Assembly (NCBI GenBank): GCA_963781585.1
Contig: CAWAGQ010000011.1
Coordinates: 288,001 to 352,000, forward strand
Source of the DNA: an uncultured Gemmatimonadaceae bacterium
Lineage (GTDB): Bacteria; Gemmatimonadota; Gemmatimonadetes; Gemmatimonadales; Gemmatimonadaceae
Reading direction: 5' to 3'
Length of the DNA stretch: 64,000 nt
Both the position numbers and the translations under genes were made by a program. Position 1 is the stretch's first letter. Every line of letters begins with the position of its first letter. Below the pieces are notes generated by a model. The model searched no databases. It worked only from the letters and a program-made list of their open reading frames with translations, and had not been told where the DNA came from. Below, in pieces: positions 30,293-41,004 of this stretch.

Positions 30293-30373
30293 GGCCAGAG
30301 GTCAGATGCCAAGGGCCATGGTCGGAGGCCAGAGGTCGAAGGCCAAAGTCCAGAGGCGAAAGGCCAGGCCAAC
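30293..30373. repeat. Heptamer family A array, degenerate (GGCCAGA/GGCCAAA)
   Basis: ggccaga ggtcaga tgccaag ggccatg ... ggccaga ggtcgaa ggccaaa gtccaga ggcgaaa; begins 10 nt from the acyltransferase ATG. Confidence 0.85.
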
Positions 30374-30726
30374 CTCAACGCGCCCTTCGGCCAGCCGTCG
30401 GATTTCGTCGAGCTGCGGTGTGGACGCCGCGACGCGCACGAACCCGTGCGGGCAGGGAGATCCGGACGGCGCGGGGTTATCCACGCCCGGGAAGGTGCCC
30501 GGTCAATCACCGCCCGACAAGTCGGGGCCGGTGCGGCTCCGACGCGGGCAGCGGAGCCGCGCCTACCTCCTGGCGGCGCGCGCGCGCTTGCGCCGGGCCG
30601 CGCGTCGGCCGGCGCCCGTGCCTAACGTTGGTATTCCGGTCGCTCCGCGGCAGAGGAAGTGAAACCAGGCCGCCCGATACCGGTCGGAGCGCGGTCCGGC
30701 GGGTCGCGTACCACGACGGCGGGGCT

Positions 30727-31152
30727 TCACGGAACGACGCCTCCGCCCAGCGTGCCCGCCCCTGTCGTCGGGGGACCGCAGATGATCGCCCCGCTCGGCA
30801 CGTTCACCGCGTCCGTACCGGAGTACGTGGCGCATTGCTGTCCCGGCATCAGCACGTGGGTGGCAATACCGGTGTAGCCGCCGATGATATCGGTACTGCT
30901 CAACGCCAGCCGCACCGTGGATGTGATGCGCATGCCGAGCGTGGCGGTGTCGGTGACGTACTGCTGATGCTCGGCGAAGTACTCCTCTTCGGCGATTCGC
31001 AGGTCGCCCAGATCCGAGCGCATCGACGCGAAATAGGCACGCTCCTTGAACATCCGGTAATGGGGAAGGGCAATCGCCGAGAGCACGCCGAGCAGGATCA
31101 TGCCGGCCAGCAGCTCGACGAAGGTGAAACCACGGGGTCGGTGATTCGACAT
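30727..31152 (-). CDS. Type IV pilin-like protein
   Basis: Prepilin N-methylation site 'RGFTFVELL' followed by a hydrophobic helix; C-terminal Cys pair; start ATG 31152. Confidence 0.85.
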   Translation of the reverse strand: MSNHRPRGFTFVELLAGMILLGVLSAIALPHYRMFKERAYFASMRSDLGDLRIAEEEYFAEHQQYVTDTATLGMRITSTVRLALSSTDIIGGYTGIATHVLMPGQQCATYSGTDAVNVPSGAIICGPPTTGAGTLGGGVVP

Positions 31153-31441
31153 GTGGGCGAGAATGAGGACATGGCTGGTGCGCCGCGTGCAGCAATGCGG
31201 CGTGGAATGCCGGGTGCCGGGTCGTGCCATCCTCGCCTCTCAGGGGGCACGTCGAGTGCCAAGACGAGATCATTTCTATGTCCATGGCCGGGAACCACTT
31301 CGAACGTCAGCCGGGTCAGGCTCCGATGGGGAACGAGGCGCCATCGCCACATGGCGGCCGCGCGATTTGCAGAGCCTCTGCGTCGGGCGTAGCTTGGCGC
31401 GGTGACCATGCCACGCTGCCGATCCCGGATCGTCTGACTCG

Positions 31442-32737
31442 ATGACGTCCGGAACGGGCGAGTCCAGGTGGCGGCTGCCGCCCGTGCGCGGGCTGATCAC
31501 GCTCGTCGCCGGCGAGGGTATCTCGCGCGTCCTCTCGTTCCTGGCGATCGCGATCCTGACACGCCGTATGAATCCGGCGGCGTGGGGTCCGGTGGCGGTC
31601 GCCCTGACCACACTGCAATTCGGGTCGCTGATCGTAGAGCTGGGCATGCGACTCTTCGGTGCGCGCGAGGTCGCGCGCCGCCCGGGCGATGCGCGCCGGC
31701 TGATGGGTCCTATTCTCGCCACCCAGGTCGTGGTGGCCGCGCTGCTGGTGGTGCTCGCAACACTGGTTGCCAGGCTTCACGTCGTCGAGGCCGATCTCGG
31801 ACGCCTGCTCCCGGGTTACTCGGTGAGTCTGCTCGCGTTTCCGTTCGTGCTCGCCTGGATCTACCAGGGGCTGGGCGCGATGCAGTGGGTGGCGATTCCG
31901 CAAGTCACGCGGTACGCCACCTTTCTTCTGCTCACCGTGCTGCTGGTGCGTTCGGCGGCGGACATTCCACGGCTTCCCTGGCTGGAGGTGGCCGCGTTGA
32001 GCAGCGCAGCGGTGGTCTCGGTCACGGCGCTTCGCCGCTTCGGCCTCCGCCTGTCGGTAGCGCCGCGCAAGGCATTCGACCGGACTATCCTGCGCGAAGC
32101 GCTCCCGATTTCCGCGTCGGAATTGATCTGGGTCGTTCGCATGTACCTCCCCACCCTGGCGCTCTGGTACGTGGTGTCGCCGGCGTCGGTGGGACGCTTC
32201 GACGTGTCCCATCGCGTGCTGATGGTCCTGCACGGGCTGCTGACGATGTATCTGATCAATCTGTATACGCCGCTTTCCCAGGCAGCGCATGGGCCGCAGC
32301 GGCGCTTCGTGGGACTGCTTGCCGGGTCGGCGGCCTTCGCCACGACGGCTGCGACGCTGGGCGCGATTGTGATCGCGGTGCGTCCGGCCATGCTCCTGAA
32401 TGCCCTGTTTGGCGCGCAGTTCAGCACGCCGGAAGGCGCGGCGACGCTCGTCATCCTCGCGTCTCTCATTCCGGTGCTGACCCTGCGCGGTCACGCGATG
32501 TACGCGCTGGTGGCGCTGGGCCGGCAGCGACGCGAGCTGGCGTGCTCGATCGCGGGAAGCGTGGTGCTGGCCGTGTTGCTGTGGATGTGGGTCCCGGCCT
32601 GGGGCGTTCGTGGCGCGGGGTTCGCCATGCTCGGATCGGAGTCGTTCGCGCTCCTGCTGACCGTGGTCGCGCTCGTCGACGCGCTCCGACGGCCCACCCG
32701 GATCACCACCGACTCCGAGGTCGTGGCGATCTCCTGA
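31442..32737 (+). CDS. Oligosaccharide flippase (Wzx/MOP superfamily)
   Basis: About 12 TM; 'ELGM..FG.REVAR', 'W.YQGL..M', 'VP.WG..GA' typical of Polysacc_synt family. Confidence 0.8.
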   Translation: MTSGTGESRWRLPPVRGLITLVAGEGISRVLSFLAIAILTRRMNPAAWGPVAVALTTLQFGSLIVELGMRLFGAREVARRPGDARRLMGPILATQVVVAALLVVLATLVARLHVVEADLGRLLPGYSVSLLAFPFVLAWIYQGLGAMQWVAIPQVTRYATFLLLTVLLVRSAADIPRLPWLEVAALSSAAVVSVTALRRFGLRLSVAPRKAFDRTILREALPISASELIWVVRMYLPTLALWYVVSPASVGRFDVSHRVLMVLHGLLTMYLINLYTPLSQAAHGPQRRFVGLLAGSAAFATTAATLGAIVIAVRPAMLLNALFGAQFSTPEGAATLVILASLIPVLTLRGHAMYALVALGRQRRELACSIAGSVVLAVLLWMWVPAWGVRGAGFAMLGSESFALLLTVVALVDALRRPTRITTDSEVVAIS

Positions 32738-32976
32738 ATGGTCGGCCGGCCCGCGGTCGGCACCGGTGGTGTCGCCCGTGCTGCCGCTGTGGCCGGTGCG
32801 ACGCGGGCCATTGGTCCCTTCCTGACGCGGCGGGCGGATTGCAGGTTATCCATTCTGGCGATGCGCCGCGCGTCGTGCCGCGACGCCGCGATGTGACCGC
32901 AGCCTGCGAGCCCGCTCGCTGCGCAGGGCACGACCTGGACCCGACGGGATCGCCGACTTCCACAGACGGACGAACA

Positions 32977-33318
32977 ATGCCCAACCTCGAGAATCAGATG
33001 CCGGAGTCGCGATCGGATGACCTCGATCGAGTGGCCACCGAGATCACGGATCGCCTGCGCGCGCGCGGCATCGCGATCCTGTCGCACGATACGACCGATG
33101 ATCTGGCCGCGCTGCTCGACGAAGTGGAGGCCTTCGAACTCGCGGTCGAGGAGGAGGGGGGAGATCTGATGATCGCGGAGCCGCGCGAAGGGAAGACGGC
33201 CGAGCCGGGCGACGAACAGTTCGCCCTCCCGGTGCGCGGCCCCCTCGAATCGGCGGGTGGCTACGTGGCGCGTCTGGCCGCCGCGACGCGCCGTGTGAGG
33301 CGCCACCCGGGTCGCTGA
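32977..33318 (+). CDS. Hypothetical acidic protein
   Basis: Coding-like composition only in the last 113 codons of the 31468..33318 ORF; ATG 32977. Confidence 0.6.
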   Translation: MPNLENQMPESRSDDLDRVATEITDRLRARGIAILSHDTTDDLAALLDEVEAFELAVEEEGGDLMIAEPREGKTAEPGDEQFALPVRGPLESAGGYVARLAAATRRVRRHPGR

Positions 33319-33346
33319 AGCGGCGGTCGCCGTTACGCGACTGTAT

Positions 33347-33362
33347 GCAAGTGCCTACTTGC
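33347..33362. promoter_or_regulatory. Inverted repeat GCAAGT-N4-ACTTGC, candidate TetR operator
   Basis: Perfect 6-4-6 inverted repeat ending 34 nt upstream of the TetR start. Confidence 0.55.
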
Positions 33363-33396
33363 GGCCCTTCCGGGTGCCCGCTAGCCTTCGGCGCCT

Positions 33397-34026
33397 ATGA
33401 TCAGCCGCGAGAAGCTGCTCGAAGCCGCGATGCGCGTCTTTGCGGAATCCGGATTCCGCGGAGCCACCACGCGCCGGATCGCTGAAGAGGCCGGCGTCAA
33501 TGAAGTCACGCTGTTTCGTCTCTTCAAGTCGAAAACGGCGCTGATCCGCGAAGCGACACAGTTCCGCGCGCAGGCGCGCTCCGAGTCGTCCCTGCCCGCC
33601 GTGCCGCGGCATCCACAGCGGGAACTGACGCAGTGGTGCACCGTACAGCTGGCCTTCCTCATGCGCTCGCGCGCGCTCATCCGCAAGTGCATGGCTGAGC
33701 TCGAGGAGCATCCGGAGATGGCGGAGTGTATGCGGGATAGTCCGCCGATGGCGCACTCGCAACTTCGTCACTACGCCGACGCGTTGTGCCGCCGCCACCA
33801 CGTGGCGTACCGCGGCGATCTGGTCGACGTCGCGTGCACGATGCTGGTCGGCGCCCTGTTCGCCGACGCCATGGGTCGCGAGATGATGCCCGAGATGTAT
33901 CCGCAACCGGAGCGGAAGGCGCCGGCGCAGTACGCGCGCTGCTTCCTGCGGGCGATCGGAATCGCCGAGGCGAAGCGCGCGCAGACCAATGGCGCGCGCC
34001 GGACGCGCCGCGCCGCCAGCGCCTGA
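33397..34026 (+). CDS. TetR/AcrR family transcriptional regulator
   Basis: 'REKLLEAA..VFAE.GF.GATTRRIAEEAGVNEVTLFRLF.SK' HTH. Confidence 0.93.
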   Translation: MISREKLLEAAMRVFAESGFRGATTRRIAEEAGVNEVTLFRLFKSKTALIREATQFRAQARSESSLPAVPRHPQRELTQWCTVQLAFLMRSRALIRKCMAELEEHPEMAECMRDSPPMAHSQLRHYADALCRRHHVAYRGDLVDVACTMLVGALFADAMGREMMPEMYPQPERKAPAQYARCFLRAIGIAEAKRAQTNGARRTRRAASA

Positions 34027-34051
34027 AGCCCTTCTCCATTCCTCCACGTCC

Positions 34052-35689
34052 ATGTCCCGCATCCACTCATTCGCCGTCGCTGCGCTCGTGATCGTCCCCG
34101 CGACCGGCGCCGCCCAGCAGACTCGCACGCTGTCGCTCAACGAGGCGCTGCGCCTGGCGGCATCGCAGAGCGAAGCGGTGCGCATCGCGCAGGCCGGTGT
34201 CGAGCGCGCCCACGGACAGCAGATGCAGGCGTTCAGCCAGTACCTGCCGCAGATCTCCGCGTCGCTCAGTTACACCCGCACCCTCGCCTCGCAATTCTCC
34301 GCGCTGAGCGCGGGTGCCGCGCCGCAACCGCCGGCCGGCACGCCCCCGCCGCCACCCGAGGACACGACCACCTACTTCACCCCCTGTACGCGATATCTGG
34401 CCCCCATGACGGCCACCGACGCCGAACGCGTGGCGGGCCTGGAGACCTTCGCGCGATGTTCATCGGGTGGCGGCGGCGGCATCGACTTCTCCCGCGTCGG
34501 ATTCGGCGCGAGGAATCAGTACCAGGTCGGGCTGCAGGGATCGATGACGCTCTTTTCCGGCGGCCGCGTCCCCGCCCAGAATCAGGCCGCCGACGCGGCG
34601 CGACGCACGGCCGACATCGAACTGGCGTCGCAACGCGCCCAGCTGGCGCTCGACGTGACCGAATCGTACTTCAACGCCGTCCTCGCCGACCGCCTGGTGG
34701 CCATCGCGGAATCGTCGCTCGCCCAGACCGAGAGCGTGCTGCAGCAAACGCGTCTGGCGCGGGAAGTGGGCAACCAGTCGGAGTTCGAGCTGCTCCGCGC
34801 CCAGGTGACGCGCGACAATCAGGTCCCCACGGTCCTGCAGCGACGCACCGACCGCGATGTCGCATACCTCCGCCTGAAACAGTTGCTGAACCTTCCGGCG
34901 GCGGGCCCGGTGGCGCTCACCACTCAGCTCGCCGACGAAAAGGAGTTGCTGGCGGCGTCGCGAACGGCCGGTCTCCCGGCCGCCCTCAGCGTCGCGGAGG
35001 CGGATACCAGCGCGGCCGACCGGGCGCCGGTGCGACAGCTCGAGGAAGCGCTCTCGGTGCAGGAGGCGCAGTTGCGGATCACCAGGGCCGAGCGGTATCC
35101 CTCGCTCACGCTCTCCTCGTCGTATGGACGGCTCGCGTTTCCGCAGGGCGCTGTTCCCAACTGGTCGAATTTCCTGACCAACTGGACGGTGACGGTGGGC
35201 GCCAGTTTCCCGCTGTTCACCGGCGGACGCATCCGCGGCGGCGCGATGATGGCCGAAGCCGGGGTGCAGGAGGCGCGCGAGCGCATCCAGCAGGCGCAGG
35301 AGCTTGCGGCGCTCGACGCCGCGCAGACGTCGGCGCAGTTGCGCCAGGCCGAGGCGGCGCTCCAGGCGAGCGCGGGAACAGCCGAGCAGGCGGCCAAGGC
35401 ATACTCCATCGCCGAAGTGCGCTTTCGCGAGGGACTGTCGACGCAGATCGAACTGAACGACTCGCGTCTCCTGTTGCAGCAGGCAAGCGCGAACCAGGCG
35501 CAGGCGGTTCGCAACCTGCAGGTGGCGCGGATTCGCCTCGCGCTGCTGCGGGATCTGCCGCTGGGCGCGGCCACGGGCGCGTCGGCGGGTGCGAACACGA
35601 CCGTTTCGCCGCAGAGCACGACCGCCTCCCCGCCGAGCGCGGCTTCCACGACCCAGCGGACCGGCGCTTCGCCGCAACCACCGCAATGA
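34052..35689 (+). CDS. TolC-family outer membrane efflux protein
   Basis: Signal peptide, 'LSLNEALRLA', 'PLFTGG', 'RFREGLST..EL.D'; start ATG 34052. Confidence 0.88.
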   Translation: MSRIHSFAVAALVIVPATGAAQQTRTLSLNEALRLAASQSEAVRIAQAGVERAHGQQMQAFSQYLPQISASLSYTRTLASQFSALSAGAAPQPPAGTPPPPPEDTTTYFTPCTRYLAPMTATDAERVAGLETFARCSSGGGGGIDFSRVGFGARNQYQVGLQGSMTLFSGGRVPAQNQAADAARRTADIELASQRAQLALDVTESYFNAVLADRLVAIAESSLAQTESVLQQTRLAREVGNQSEFELLRAQVTRDNQVPTVLQRRTDRDVAYLRLKQLLNLPAAGPVALTTQLADEKELLAASRTAGLPAALSVAEADTSAADRAPVRQLEEALSVQEAQLRITRAERYPSLTLSSSYGRLAFPQGAVPNWSNFLTNWTVTVGASFPLFTGGRIRGGAMMAEAGVQEARERIQQAQELAALDAAQTSAQLRQAEAALQASAGTAEQAAKAYSIAEVRFREGLSTQIELNDSRLLLQQASANQAQAVRNLQVARIRLALLRDLPLGAATGASAGANTTVSPQSTTASPPSAASTTQRTGASPQPPQ

Positions 35690-35739
35690 CGATAGGCAAT
35701 CCGGAACACCTGACGCGCAGGATAAAGGAGCGGAACGCA

Positions 35740-36870
35740 ATGAGTGTCACATGCACGAAGCGGGTTGCTGCGGGGGCGTCGGTCGCGGCCGTCGTGCTGC
35801 TCGCCGCTTGCGGCGGCAGGCCGGCCAACGCACGGGAGGACGGCGCAACGGGCGCGGTTGCGATCGGCCCGGAGAACGTCTTCGTGGTCGCGTCGGACAC
35901 GCTCGCCAGCGGTCCCGCGGTATCGGGGACGCTGGAGCCCGAGCGCGAGGCCACGGTCCGCGCGCAGGTGTCGGGCGCGGTGATGTCGGTGGCGGTGGAC
36001 CAGGGAACGCACGTGCGCGCCGGCGACCTGCTCGCGCAACTGGACGACCGCACGCTGCGCGACGCCTGGCTGTCAGCCAAGTCGAACCTGACCACCGCCC
36101 AACTCACCGCCGAGCGCGCGCAGCGCGATCTGGAGCGTTCCGAACGCCTGTCGGCGGCCGGCGCGATCGCCGATCGGGATCTGGAGCAGGCGAAGTGGAA
36201 CAACACGTCGGCGCAATCGCAGCTGGCCGATGCCCAGTCGCGCCTGACGATGGCGAAGAAGCAGCTCGACGACGCGCGGATCACCGCGCCGTTCACCGGG
36301 ATCATCAGCACCCGGTCGGTGGCGGCGGGCGATGTGGCGCAACCCGGTACCGCGCTGTTCACGGTGGTCGATCCGTCGAGCATGCAGTACCAGGCGACCG
36401 TCACCGCCCAGCAACTCGGACAGGTGCGGCTGGGCGCGCCGGTGACGTTCGCGGTGACCGGCTATCCGGGCAAGCGGTTCGACGGGAAGGTGACGCGGAT
36501 CAGCCCCACCGCCGACCAGGCTACCGGCCAGGTGCGCGTCATCGTCTCCGTGCCTAACGGGGCGGGAACGCTGGTGGGCGGCCTGTTCGCCGACGGCCGC
36601 ATCCAGTCGGAGCGGCGGGTGGGGATCACCGCCCCCTTCACCGCGGTCGACCTGCGCGGCCTGCGCCCGATGGTGCTGCGGCTCAAGAACGGCAAGTCCG
36701 AGCACGTCGAGGTCACGCTCGGGGTCCGCGATGAGGACCGCGAGCGGTTCGAGATCGTGCAGGGCGTGAGTCCGGGAGATACGCTGCTGATTGGCGCGGC
36801 GCAGGGCATCTCGCCGGGAACGACGGTGCGCGTGGGATCGCCGTCCGACCGGCCCGCAACCAAGAGCTGA
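35740..36870 (+). CDS. RND efflux periplasmic adaptor (membrane fusion lipoprotein)
   Basis: SD AAGGAG, lipobox 'LLAAC', 'VRAQVSG.V....V.QG..V..GDLLAQLD', 'ITAPFTG'. Confidence 0.9.
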   Translation: MSVTCTKRVAAGASVAAVVLLAACGGRPANAREDGATGAVAIGPENVFVVASDTLASGPAVSGTLEPEREATVRAQVSGAVMSVAVDQGTHVRAGDLLAQLDDRTLRDAWLSAKSNLTTAQLTAERAQRDLERSERLSAAGAIADRDLEQAKWNNTSAQSQLADAQSRLTMAKKQLDDARITAPFTGIISTRSVAAGDVAQPGTALFTVVDPSSMQYQATVTAQQLGQVRLGAPVTFAVTGYPGKRFDGKVTRISPTADQATGQVRVIVSVPNGAGTLVGGLFADGRIQSERRVGITAPFTAVDLRGLRPMVLRLKNGKSEHVEVTLGVRDEDRERFEIVQGVSPGDTLLIGAAQGISPGTTVRVGSPSDRPATKS

Positions 36871-36881
36871 GGTCCGCCCGC

Positions 36882-39800
36882 ATGCTCATCTCCGATTTTG
36901 CCATCCGGCGGCCGATGGTCACCGTGGTGACCGTGCTGGCACTGGTGATCTTCGGGCTCTTCGCGCTGCTCCGGCTGCAGACCGACGAGTACCCGGACGT
37001 GCAGCAGCCGATCGTCAACGTCTCCATTCCCTATCCCGGCGCGTCGCCCGACGTGGTGGAGCGCGAAGTGCTGGACCGCGTGGAGGAGGCCGTCTCGGGC
37101 ATCAGCGGCGTGGACCAGATGTCGGGGAGCGCGCAGGACGGGTTCGCCAACGTCCTCGTCACCTTCCTGTTCGAGAAGGACATCCAGCAGGCCACCCAGG
37201 ACATCCGCGACAAGATCTCCGCGATTCGCGACCAGCTGCCGCCGGAAATGAAGGAGCCGATCCTGACGCGGTTCGATCCGTCGGATTATCCGATCGTGCA
37301 GGTGGCGCTGAACTCGACCACGCTCTCAGCACCGGAGCTCACCCGACTCGCCGACCCGGACATGACGCGCGAGCTGCGCGGCATCGAAGGAGTGGCCAAC
37401 GTCACCGTGGCCGGCGGCGTGGAACGGGAGCTCACCGTCTACATCCGGCCCGAAGCCATGCAGGCCGCCGGTGTGAGCGTGGCCGAAGTGGTGGCGGCGC
37501 TCCAGGCGCAGAACATCGCCGTCCCGGTCGGGAAGCTGAACGGCGCCCTCGACCAACGCTCCATCCGGCTCCGCGGCAAGCTCCAGGCGCCGGAAGATTT
37601 TCTCGCGCTGACGGTCGCCGAGCGCGGCGGCACCCCGATCCGACTGGGCCAGGTGGCCACCGTGCTCGACGGAACGGCCGAGCCGACCTCGATCGCGCTC
37701 TACAGCGGCAACGAGTCGGTGGGTTTGCTGGTGAACAAGGCGAAGGGGTACAGCACCACCCAGGTGGCCGGCCAGGTGCTCGCTCGGATTCACGAGATGG
37801 AGAAGACCCTCCCGCCGGGCACGACGATGCAGGTGGTGCAGAATTCGGGCGATCGCGTGAGCCGGTCGGTCACCGACGTGGACCGCACGCTGTTCGTCGG
37901 CGCCTTCCTCACGGTCCTGGTGGTGTTCCTCTTTCTGAACTCGTGGCGGTCGACGGTCATCACCGGGCTGGCGCTGCCGGTGTCGGTGCTGTCCGCGTTC
38001 ATCGCGGTCTACGCGTTCGGCTTTACGCTCAACACGATGTCGCTGATGGGTCTCTCGCTGGCCATCGGCATCCTGATCGACGACGCGATCGTGGTCCGGG
38101 AGAACATCGTCCGCCACATCGAGCGCGGGAAAGACCACTACACGGCATCGCGGGAAGCAACGGACGAAATCGGTCTCGCGGTCGCCGCCACGTCGTTTTC
38201 GATCATCGCGGTGTTCGTGCCGGTGGCGTTCATGTACGGCATCGCCGGCCAGTGGTTCAAGCCGTTCGCGCTGACCATTGCCTGCGCGGTGCTCGTCTCG
38301 CTGTTCGTCTCGTTCTCGCTCGACCCGATGCTCTCGGCCTACTGGGCCGATCCGCAGCTCGAGGCGGGGCAGCACCGCAACTGGCTGTCACGCAAGCTGG
38401 AGGGCTTCAACCGCTGGTTCAACCGGCTCACGCGGCGCTACACGCTGGTGGTGGCGTGGGCGCTGGACCATCGGTGGTGGATGGTGCTGCTTGCCGTGAC
38501 GGCGTTCTTCGGCGCGATCTTCCTCCAGGTCACCTTCGGCGGCTTCGGATTCGTCCCCGATTCCGACCGCAGCGAGTTCGTGATTCAGGTGGAAACACCC
38601 CCGGGATCGAATCTCGACTATACGCGCCTGAAGACCGAGGAAGCGGCGCGAATGGCGCGCGCCCATCGTGAGATTGCCTACACGTTCAGCACCATCGGGA
38701 GCGGCGGCCTGGCGGTGCCCGGTGGCGCGCTCGGCTCTCCGGAGCTCGGCACGATCTACGTGAAGATGATCAGGAAATCCGACCGCAGCATCAGCCAGAA
38801 GGATTTCGGCGAGGTGATGCGGCACGAAGTGGCGCAGATCGGCGGGGCGACGGTCTCGGTGTTCGTCGCGGGATTCGGCGCCGCGGCGCTCAAGCAGATC
38901 CAGGTACAGCTGCGCGGCAGGGACGCGAACGTGCTGAATGTGCTCGCCGATTCGGTGATGCAGGTGGTGAAGAGCGTTCCCGGCGCGGTGGACGTCGGCC
39001 TCTCCACCAAAGGCCAGAAGCCGGAACTCGAGATCCAGCTCAACCGCCCGCTGGCGGGCGCGCTCGGGGTGACGGTCGGGCAGGTCGCGCAGGCGCTGCG
39101 TCCGGCGTTCGCCGGTGTGGACGCCGGCGACTGGGTCGATCCATCGGGCGAGAACCGGAAGGTACGTGTGCGCCTGACGCCGGAATCGCGCACCCGGGTG
39201 GTGGACATCCAGCGGCTCCCGCTGCTGGTCCCGAAGCCCGGAGGCGGCAGCGTCGCCATGCCGCTCGGACAGATCGCCACGATTTCCGAAGGGCGCGCGC
39301 CCGCCGTTATCACGCATCTGGACCGGGACAACGTCGTGGCAATCCAGGCGAACATCACCGGACGCTCGCTGGGTGAGGTGAACGGCGACATTCAGAAGAA
39401 GCTCGCGAGCTTCCCCCTGCCGGCGGGGTATCGCTTCTCGGCCGGCGGCGAAGTGCAGGACCAGCAGCGGTTCTTCAGCAGCCTGTTCGCTGCGCTGGGG
39501 CTCGCGGTCATGCTCATGTACCTCATTCTGGTCGTGCAGTTCGGGTCGTTCCTGGATCCACTGGCCATCATGATGTCGTTGCCGCTGTCGCTCATCGGTG
39601 TGGTGCTGGCGCTGCTGGTCACCGGCGGAAACTTCAACATCATGGCGATGATCGGCGTGATCCTGCTCATGGGGATCGTGGCGAAGAACGCGATTCTGCT
39701 GATCGACTTCGCCAAGTGGGCGCGCGAGAAGGAAGGATTGCCGTTGCGGGACGCACTGATCGAAGCGGGGTCGATTCGGTTGCGACCGATTCTGATGACC

Positions 39801-40058
39801 ACGCTTGCCCTGATCGCAGGCATGCTGCCGGTGGCGATTGGCGCCGGTGAAGGGGGCGACTTCCGCGCGCCGCTGGGACGGGCCGTGATCGGAGGCGTGA
39901 TCACGTCCACGATCCTCACCCTGCTCGTGATCCCGACGTTCTACGAGATCTTCGACAGCTGGCGTCAGAGGTTCTCGCGCGGGGTGGGTGTGCGGGTGCG
40001 GCAGAAGACGGCGACCCATCCGGTGCCGGGGCGGGCGTTGCCCGAGTCGGGGGATTAG
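36882..40058 (+). CDS. RND efflux permease (AcrB/MdtBC family)
   Basis: '[14 protein letters not shown]', '[13 protein letters not shown]', 'RLRPILMTT'; 1058 aa. Confidence 0.95.
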   Translation: MLISDFAIRRPMVTVVTVLALVIFGLFALLRLQTDEYPDVQQPIVNVSIPYPGASPDVVEREVLDRVEEAVSGISGVDQMSGSAQDGFANVLVTFLFEKDIQQATQDIRDKISAIRDQLPPEMKEPILTRFDPSDYPIVQVALNSTTLSAPELTRLADPDMTRELRGIEGVANVTVAGGVERELTVYIRPEAMQAAGVSVAEVVAALQAQNIAVPVGKLNGALDQRSIRLRGKLQAPEDFLALTVAERGGTPIRLGQVATVLDGTAEPTSIALYSGNESVGLLVNKAKGYSTTQVAGQVLARIHEMEKTLPPGTTMQVVQNSGDRVSRSVTDVDRTLFVGAFLTVLVVFLFLNSWRSTVITGLALPVSVLSAFIAVYAFGFTLNTMSLMGLSLAIGILIDDAIVVRENIVRHIERGKDHYTASREATDEIGLAVAATSFSIIAVFVPVAFMYGIAGQWFKPFALTIACAVLVSLFVSFSLDPMLSAYWADPQLEAGQHRNWLSRKLEGFNRWFNRLTRRYTLVVAWALDHRWWMVLLAVTAFFGAIFLQVTFGGFGFVPDSDRSEFVIQVETPPGSNLDYTRLKTEEAARMARAHREIAYTFSTIGSGGLAVPGGALGSPELGTIYVKMIRKSDRSISQKDFGEVMRHEVAQIGGATVSVFVAGFGAAALKQIQVQLRGRDANVLNVLADSVMQVVKSVPGAVDVGLSTKGQKPELEIQLNRPLAGALGVTVGQVAQALRPAFAGVDAGDWVDPSGENRKVRVRLTPESRTRVVDIQRLPLLVPKPGGGSVAMPLGQIATISEGRAPAVITHLDRDNVVAIQANITGRSLGEVNGDIQKKLASFPLPAGYRFSAGGEVQDQQRFFSSLFAALGLAVMLMYLILVVQFGSFLDPLAIMMSLPLSLIGVVLALLVTGGNFNIMAMIGVILLMGIVAKNAILLIDFAKWAREKEGLPLRDALIEAGSIRLRPILMTTLALIAGMLPVAIGAGEGGDFRAPLGRAVIGGVITSTILTLLVIPTFYEIFDSWRQRFSRGVGVRVRQKTATHPVPGRALPESGD

Positions 40059-40069
40059 CGGAGAAGGCA

Positions 40070-40217
<148 letters not shown>

Positions 40218-40286
40218 ATGGCGCTCTCGACTTTTCGCGCGGTGGGCTAGATTCGTGGCTTCAACCCCGGATGCGTCGCAGTCGCC

Positions 40287-40910
40287 GTGACTCCTGCCAT
40301 ACTTGCCGCAGCACCACTGATTCCCCCGACGTCGACAATCCTGTCGCGTCTGAGCGAGGCGTGGGGATACGTGGTGCTGGCCGTGTCGACGATCTTCACC
40401 GAGGAACTCGCACCGGTCGTGGGCGGTTTCGCGGCGGAGCAGGGGCACGTGAGTCTGGTGGGGGTGATGGTGGCATGTGCGGCGGGAGTGTGGGCGCTGT
40501 CGCTCGGGTCATATGCCATCGGACACTGGAACGCGGCCTGGGTGCGCCTGTACGTGCGGCGCTCGTGGAAGACGGTGGGGCGGCTGCTCGGGTCGATGCG
40601 TGCGCGCCCATGGCGTGTATCGATCATGTCGCGCTTTGCCTTCGCGGCTCGGATCGCGTTCTCGATGGCTTGCGGGGCGGCGCATGTCCCGTTCGGTGTG
40701 TACGCTGCGGGGACGGCGATCGGCGCGATTGTGTGGTCGGTTGCGCTCACCATCCTCGGCTGGTTCTTCGGAGAGGGCGCGGTGCTGCTGCTGGGGCACG
40801 TACGACGCTATGAGGATCGTATTGCGGCGCTGCTGGTGGTGGCCGGCCTGATCGTGTATCTCATCATCCGGAGGCGAAGGGCGCGGACGGAGCAGCGCGG
40901 GGCATCGTGA
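40287..40910 (+). CDS. DedA/VTT family membrane protein
   Basis: 'FTEE...V.GG..A..G', 'Y.IG', 'SRF....R', 'W......GW.FG'. Confidence 0.75.
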   Translation: MTPAILAAAPLIPPTSTILSRLSEAWGYVVLAVSTIFTEELAPVVGGFAAEQGHVSLVGVMVACAAGVWALSLGSYAIGHWNAAWVRLYVRRSWKTVGRLLGSMRARPWRVSIMSRFAFAARIAFSMACGAAHVPFGVYAAGTAIGAIVWSVALTILGWFFGEGAVLLLGHVRRYEDRIAALLVVAGLIVYLIIRRRRARTEQRGAS

Positions 40911-41004
40911 CCGCGGCCACTGATTTCCGGTTGATGAATGCCCGAACTGGTTGCTCTGAGCCCCTGGCTCATGGCTGACACCTGATAACCAACTCTGACA
41001 ACCA

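Noticed and set aside
30477..30485. DnaA-box-like TTATCCACG
   Set aside because: Single 8/9 match, with no box cluster, AT-rich unwinding element or origin-linked genes
31468..33318. 616-aa ORF suggesting a frameshifted fusion with the flippase
   Set aside because: The flippase is complete in its own frame; only the last 113 codons look coding and they have their own ATG
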